Source: an uncultured Pelagibacteraceae bacterium (GTDB lineage: Bacteria; Pseudomonadota; Alphaproteobacteria; Pelagibacterales; Pelagibacteraceae). From it: a stretch of DNA of 58,674 nucleotides. Location: NCBI GenBank assembly GCA_902558205.1, contig CACECY010000001.1, positions 1-58,674 of the forward strand, read 5' to 3'. The position numbers and the translations under genes are program-made. The notes under the pieces were generated by a model, which was given only the letters and a program-made list of their open reading frames with translations, was not told where the DNA came from and made no database searches. Within the stretch, counting starts at the first letter, position 1; each line of letters starts with the position of its first letter. Positions 54,929-58,674 of the stretch are shown here, one piece after another.

Positions 54929-56159
54929 GAGATCATCCTTTGTTATCAGTTTTTTTATCTTTTTAAGTTTTATAATTGGTTTTATATTTAATGAAGATTC
55001 TTTAGGAGGTGCAAAACAAGATTATCTTTATCACTTAGATTATTTTTATAAGTTTAACGATCATTTTTTTAAAACAATTAATAATTATGGTTTGGATCAA
55101 GAAAGTAATTCGGTTAGGAACTCACCAATATTTTATATTTTAGGTTCTTTACTTTTAAAAATAGAATTACCAATAATTATATTAAAGTTTCTAAGTGTTA
55201 TTATAGCTCTATTAATATGTTTTACCTTTTATAAATGTTTGGTTCTAAAATATGGTAATAAAAATAGTGAAACATATTTTTTAATTTCTACAATAATATT
55301 ATTATCACCAACTATTCGAAGTTTAACATTTTGGCCATACCCTTTTTTAATAGCTACTTTTTTATTTTCTATTTCAATTTTTTTCTATTTAAAATTTGAA
55401 AAAGAAAAAGATTATTCAATAAAATTTAAATATGCTCTATTAAATACTTTATTTTTAGCTTTAAGTGCCTATTTCACCCCAAATTATGGTATATTTGTAA
55501 TAATTTTTTTTATCAATTTTTATAAATATTTTAAGAATAGTTATAAAAGTTTTTTGATTCTATTAATTAATTTTTTAATTTCTCTTCCAGCTTTAATGTT
55601 TGTTATTTCACATGATTTTTATCTATTTAATAGTGAAGTTTTTACTATTAGCAATATTGAGAAGTATAACATAGCTAATAAAATTATAATAATAAGTTCA
55701 TTTTTATTTTTATTTTTTATACCATTCTTTGAAATAAAATATTTTAAAGATAGGTTTTCTTTGAAATTTAATAAAAAATTATATTTATTATTATTTTTTA
55801 TCGTAATTAATATTTATTTTTTTAACTTTTTAAGTGGAGCTGGAGGTGGCATCTTTTATCACTTATCAAACATTTTAAATAATAATTTAATTATTTATTT
55901 TGTATTTATTTTGACTTTGTATATTTTTAAAGTTTATAATTTGTATAATTTAAATAACATAATCATCTTTTTGTTATTAATTTTATATAATCTTCAATAC
56001 ACAATTTACTATAAATACTTTGATCCTTTAATAATATTTTTCTTTCTTTTTTTAATAAAAAACATAAAATTTGATTTTTCTAAATTGAAAATTAAATTAT
56101 TAATTTTTTACAGTATCTTTTTATTTATAAATATTGGTAAAAAATTTATTATTTATTAA
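54918..56159 (+). CDS. Polytopic membrane protein, putative GT-C-fold glycosyltransferase or polymerase
   Basis: About 11-12 hydrophobic segments; acidic first loop (NEDSLGGAKQDYLYH), RNSP and YKYFDP; very AT-rich. Confidence 0.55.
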   Translation: MKIKRSSFVISFFIFLSFIIGFIFNEDSLGGAKQDYLYHLDYFYKFNDHFFKTINNYGLDQESNSVRNSPIFYILGSLLLKIELPIIILKFLSVIIALLICFTFYKCLVLKYGNKNSETYFLISTIILLSPTIRSLTFWPYPFLIATFLFSISIFFYLKFEKEKDYSIKFKYALLNTLFLALSAYFTPNYGIFVIIFFINFYKYFKNSYKSFLILLINFLISLPALMFVISHDFYLFNSEVFTISNIEKYNIANKIIIISSFLFLFFIPFFEIKYFKDRFSLKFNKKLYLLLFFIVINIYFFNFLSGAGGGIFYHLSNILNNNLIIYFVFILTLYIFKVYNLYNLNNIIIFLLLILYNLQYTIYYKYFDPLIIFFFLFLIKNIKFDFSKLKIKLLIFYSIFLFINIGKKFIIY

Positions 56160-57554
56160 TTATAAAGATTTAGTGATATCTTCAGTCATTTTTTTTGCGT
56201 CTGCAAACAACATTAAAGTATTTTCTTTGTAAAATAAATCATTATCAATCCCTGCATATCCTGGAGACAAGCTTCTTTTTACAAATAAAACTGACTTACA
56301 TTTTTCAACATCTAATACTGGCATTCCATAAATAGGGCTTTGAGGATCTGTTTTTGCAACAGGATTTGTTACATCATTAGCACCAATTACAAATGCAACA
56401 TCTGCATTTGCAAAATCATTATTAATTTCTTCTAATTCAAAAACTTCATCGTATGGTACATTTGCTTCTGCTAGCAATACATTCATATGTCCTGGCATTC
56501 TACCAGCAACAGGATGAATTGCATAAGAAACCTTTATGTCATTTTTCTTTAGCGTATCAACCATTTCTCTTAAAGCATGTTGTGCTTGAGCTACAGCCAT
56601 ACCATATCCTGGAACAATAATTACTGAAGAAGCATTCTTCATTAAGAAAGCTGCATCTTCAGCATTTCCACTTTTAACAGGTCTTTGTTCTTTATTTTTA
56701 TCTCCAGTTGATTGTTCTGTTGCACCAAAACCTCCCAAAATAACATTAAAAAATGATCTGTTCATCCCTTTACACATTATATAAGAAAGGATGGCTCCAG
56801 ATGAACCAACTAACGCACCTGTTATGATTAAAGCGGTATTCTCTAAAGTAAAACCAATTCCTGCGGCAGCCCAACCAGAATAAGAGTTTAACATAGATAT
56901 AACAACAGGCATATCTGCTCCACCAATTGGAATAATAATCAAAAATCCAATCAAAAAGGATACTGCAATAAGTATCCAAAATAAATTAGATGATTGGGTT
57001 GAACATAAATAAAAAGTTAAAACTATTATTGAAATTAATATTAGTGCATTTATAGCATGTTGCCCCTTAAAAGTTATTGGTGCACCTGACATAATCCCCT
57101 GAAGTTTTAAAAATGCTATCACAGAACCTGAAAAAGTTATTGCTCCAACAGCAGCTCCTATTGCCATCTCTATCAAACTAGCTAACTTTATATCTCCTGG
57201 ATATCCAAGCCCAAAAGCCTCTGGATTAATGAAAGCGGAGATAGCTACAAAGACTGCGGCTAATCCAACTAAACTATGAAATCCAGCAACCAACTCTGGC
57301 ATAGCCGTCATAGGTATACGGTAAGCTATAAAAGCACCTATGCTTCCACCTATTGCAAGAAAAATTAAAACATACACAAAACCAGAAGTAAAATTTCCAA
57401 CAGATAAAAATGTTACTGAAATAGCAATCACCATTCCAATTATCCCAAATAAATTTCCTTGTCTTGATGTTTCAGGTGAAGATAGTCCTCTGAGCGCCAA
57501 AATAAATAATACACCTGAGATCAAATATAAAATTGCTGATAAATTTGCTGACAT
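56160..57554 (-). CDS. pntB: NAD(P) transhydrogenase subunit beta
   Basis: MPELVAGFHSLVG, IGGADMPVV, PGYGMAVAQ, HPVAGRMPGHMNV and GANDVTNP motifs. Confidence 0.98.
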   Translation of the reverse strand: MSANLSAILYLISGVLFILALRGLSSPETSRQGNLFGIIGMVIAISVTFLSVGNFTSGFVYVLIFLAIGGSIGAFIAYRIPMTAMPELVAGFHSLVGLAAVFVAISAFINPEAFGLGYPGDIKLASLIEMAIGAAVGAITFSGSVIAFLKLQGIMSGAPITFKGQHAINALILISIIVLTFYLCSTQSSNLFWILIAVSFLIGFLIIIPIGGADMPVVISMLNSYSGWAAAGIGFTLENTALIITGALVGSSGAILSYIMCKGMNRSFFNVILGGFGATEQSTGDKNKEQRPVKSGNAEDAAFLMKNASSVIIVPGYGMAVAQAQHALREMVDTLKKNDIKVSYAIHPVAGRMPGHMNVLLAEANVPYDEVFELEEINNDFANADVAFVIGANDVTNPVAKTDPQSPIYGMPVLDVEKCKSVLFVKRSLSPGYAGIDNDLFYKENTLMLFADAKKMTEDITKSL

Positions 57555-57557
57555 TTA

Positions 57558-57866
57558 TTATTTATCCTTTTTCTTTTTTTTATACATAGCAAGCATTCTT
57601 TGAGTAACTAAAAATCCTCCAAAAATATTTACCGCAGCTAGCACAATTGCTAAAAAACCAAAAATACTGGAAGATGAAAAAATTGCATCACCATTACCTG
57701 ACAAAGCCGCAATTATTGCACCAACAATAATTACTGAAGAAATTGCATTTGTAACTGACATTAAAGGTGTATGAAGAGAAGGTGTTACACTCCAAACAAC
57801 ATAATATCCAACAAATATCGATAAAATAAAGATGCTAAGTCGAAATATAAAAGGATCTATTTCCAT
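57558..57866 (-). CDS. pntAB: NAD(P) transhydrogenase alpha, membrane part (split alpha-2)
   Basis: LHTPLMSVTNAIS and NIFGGFLVTQRML motifs. Confidence 0.95.
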   Translation of the reverse strand: MEIDPFIFRLSIFILSIFVGYYVVWSVTPSLHTPLMSVTNAISSVIIVGAIIAALSGNGDAIFSSSSIFGFLAIVLAAVNIFGGFLVTQRMLAMYKKKKKDK

Positions 57867-57869
57867 AAT

Positions 57870-58674
57870 TTATTTAATTAAAGTTTTTTCTATTATTTCA
57901 TCCTCTAAATTAATATTTAGTTTTTTATTTTCTTTATCATACAAATTAGAAATAAAATTAAATACATTTTTTGCATATAAATTAGAAGCTGATACTGGTA
58001 GTTTATTTAATATGTTTGCTTCTCCTAAAATTTTAACTCCATTTTTTTCAATAATTTTATCAACTTCAGTAAAAACTGTATTGCCTCCTTGGATTGCTGC
58101 TAAATCATAAATTACTGAGCCTTTTTGTAAATTTTGAAACATATCTTCTTTAATAATTTTAGGTGCCTCTTTTCCAGGAATTAATGCAGTACAAATAATT
58201 ATATCTATTTTTTTTAGAGTTTCGGATAACAATTCTTCTTGTTTTCTCTTAAATTCATCTGATGCTTCTTTTGCATATCCGCCCTCAGTTTCTAAATTTT
58301 CTGCACCCTCAACAGTTAAAAATTTTCCTCCTAAACTTTCAACTTGTTCTTTTGAAGCCATTCTAACATCTGTTGCAAATACAACTGCTCCCATTCTTTT
58401 TGCTGTTGCAATTGCTTGTAATCCTGCAACCCCAGCACCAACAACTAAAACTTTTGCGGCAGGGATTGTACCAGCTGCAGTCATCATCATCGGGATAGCT
58501 TTTTCATAAACTTGAAAGGCCTCTATAACTGCCTTGTAACCAGCAAGGTTCGCTTGCGATGATAAAATATCCATTGATTGTGCTCTTGTTATCCTTGGAA
58601 GTAATTCTAATGAAAAGCAATTAATTTTTTTCGTTTTTAATTTTTGTAATCTTTCATTATTTGAAAAAGTATTT
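57870..58674 (-). CDS. pntAA: NAD(P) transhydrogenase alpha, NAD-binding part (5'-truncated by window edge)
   Basis: Frame is open to the window end (...LELLPRITRAQSMDILSSQ...); GAGVAG, EGGYA and TALIPG motifs. Confidence 0.95.
   Translation of the reverse strand, partial: NTFSNNERLQKLKTKKINCFSLELLPRITRAQSMDILSSQANLAGYKAVIEAFQVYEKAIPMMMTAAGTIPAAKVLVVGAGVAGLQAIATAKRMGAVVFATDVRMASKEQVESLGGKFLTVEGAENLETEGGYAKEASDEFKRKQEELLSETLKKIDIIICTALIPGKEAPKIIKEDMFQNLQKGSVIYDLAAIQGGNTVFTEVDKIIEKNGVKILGEANILNKLPVSASNLYAKNVFNFISNLYDKENKKLNINLEDEIIEKTLIK

Noticed and set aside
56100-56160. Possible att site closing the tRNA-fMet cassette
   Set aside because: The membrane-protein stop abuts the pntB stop directly; no tRNA fragment is visible.
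57558-58674. Split pntA as a frameshift or pseudogene
   Set aside because: The three-subunit transhydrogenase (alpha1, alpha2, beta) is the normal arrangement in many alphaproteobacteria; both parts have clean ends.

Overview
AT-rich, extremely compact alphaproteobacterial chromosome segment. Gene content and order (ilvIH, hflKC-degP, thyX, two-piece tmRNA, ppdK-glySQ, dxs-ispA-xseB, rpoH, purA-thiD-glmM-folP-ftsH-tilS, tol-pal, tkt-gap-pgk-class I fba, efp-suhB-rpmE-DUF1013-rpsU, split pntA/pntB) are what I expect for a SAR11/Pelagibacterales genome; this is an inference from pattern recognition, not a database search. It holds about 57 CDS, tRNA-Arg(UCG), initiator tRNA-fMet and a circularly permuted tmRNA. 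Two small surface-glycan-modification cassettes sit directly downstream of the tmRNA and the tRNA-fMet. Two genes (an ABC ATPase and pgk) are broken by single-base deficits in poly-A runs, probably sequencing errors. The most notable observations are: (1) a MOC1/phage-type Holliday-junction resolvase occupying the yebC-tolQ slot with no ruvA/ruvB; (2) a transaldolase + GT2 + methyltransferase + putative GT-C cassette at tRNA-fMet; (3) a probable ATT start for rpsU; (4) a tRNA-Arg with UCG anticodon; (5) no 6S RNA at the zapA-ygfA locus; and (6) a direct-repeat operator-like element at an apparently leaderless ilvI promoter. No CRISPR array, IS element, integrase or prophage was seen.
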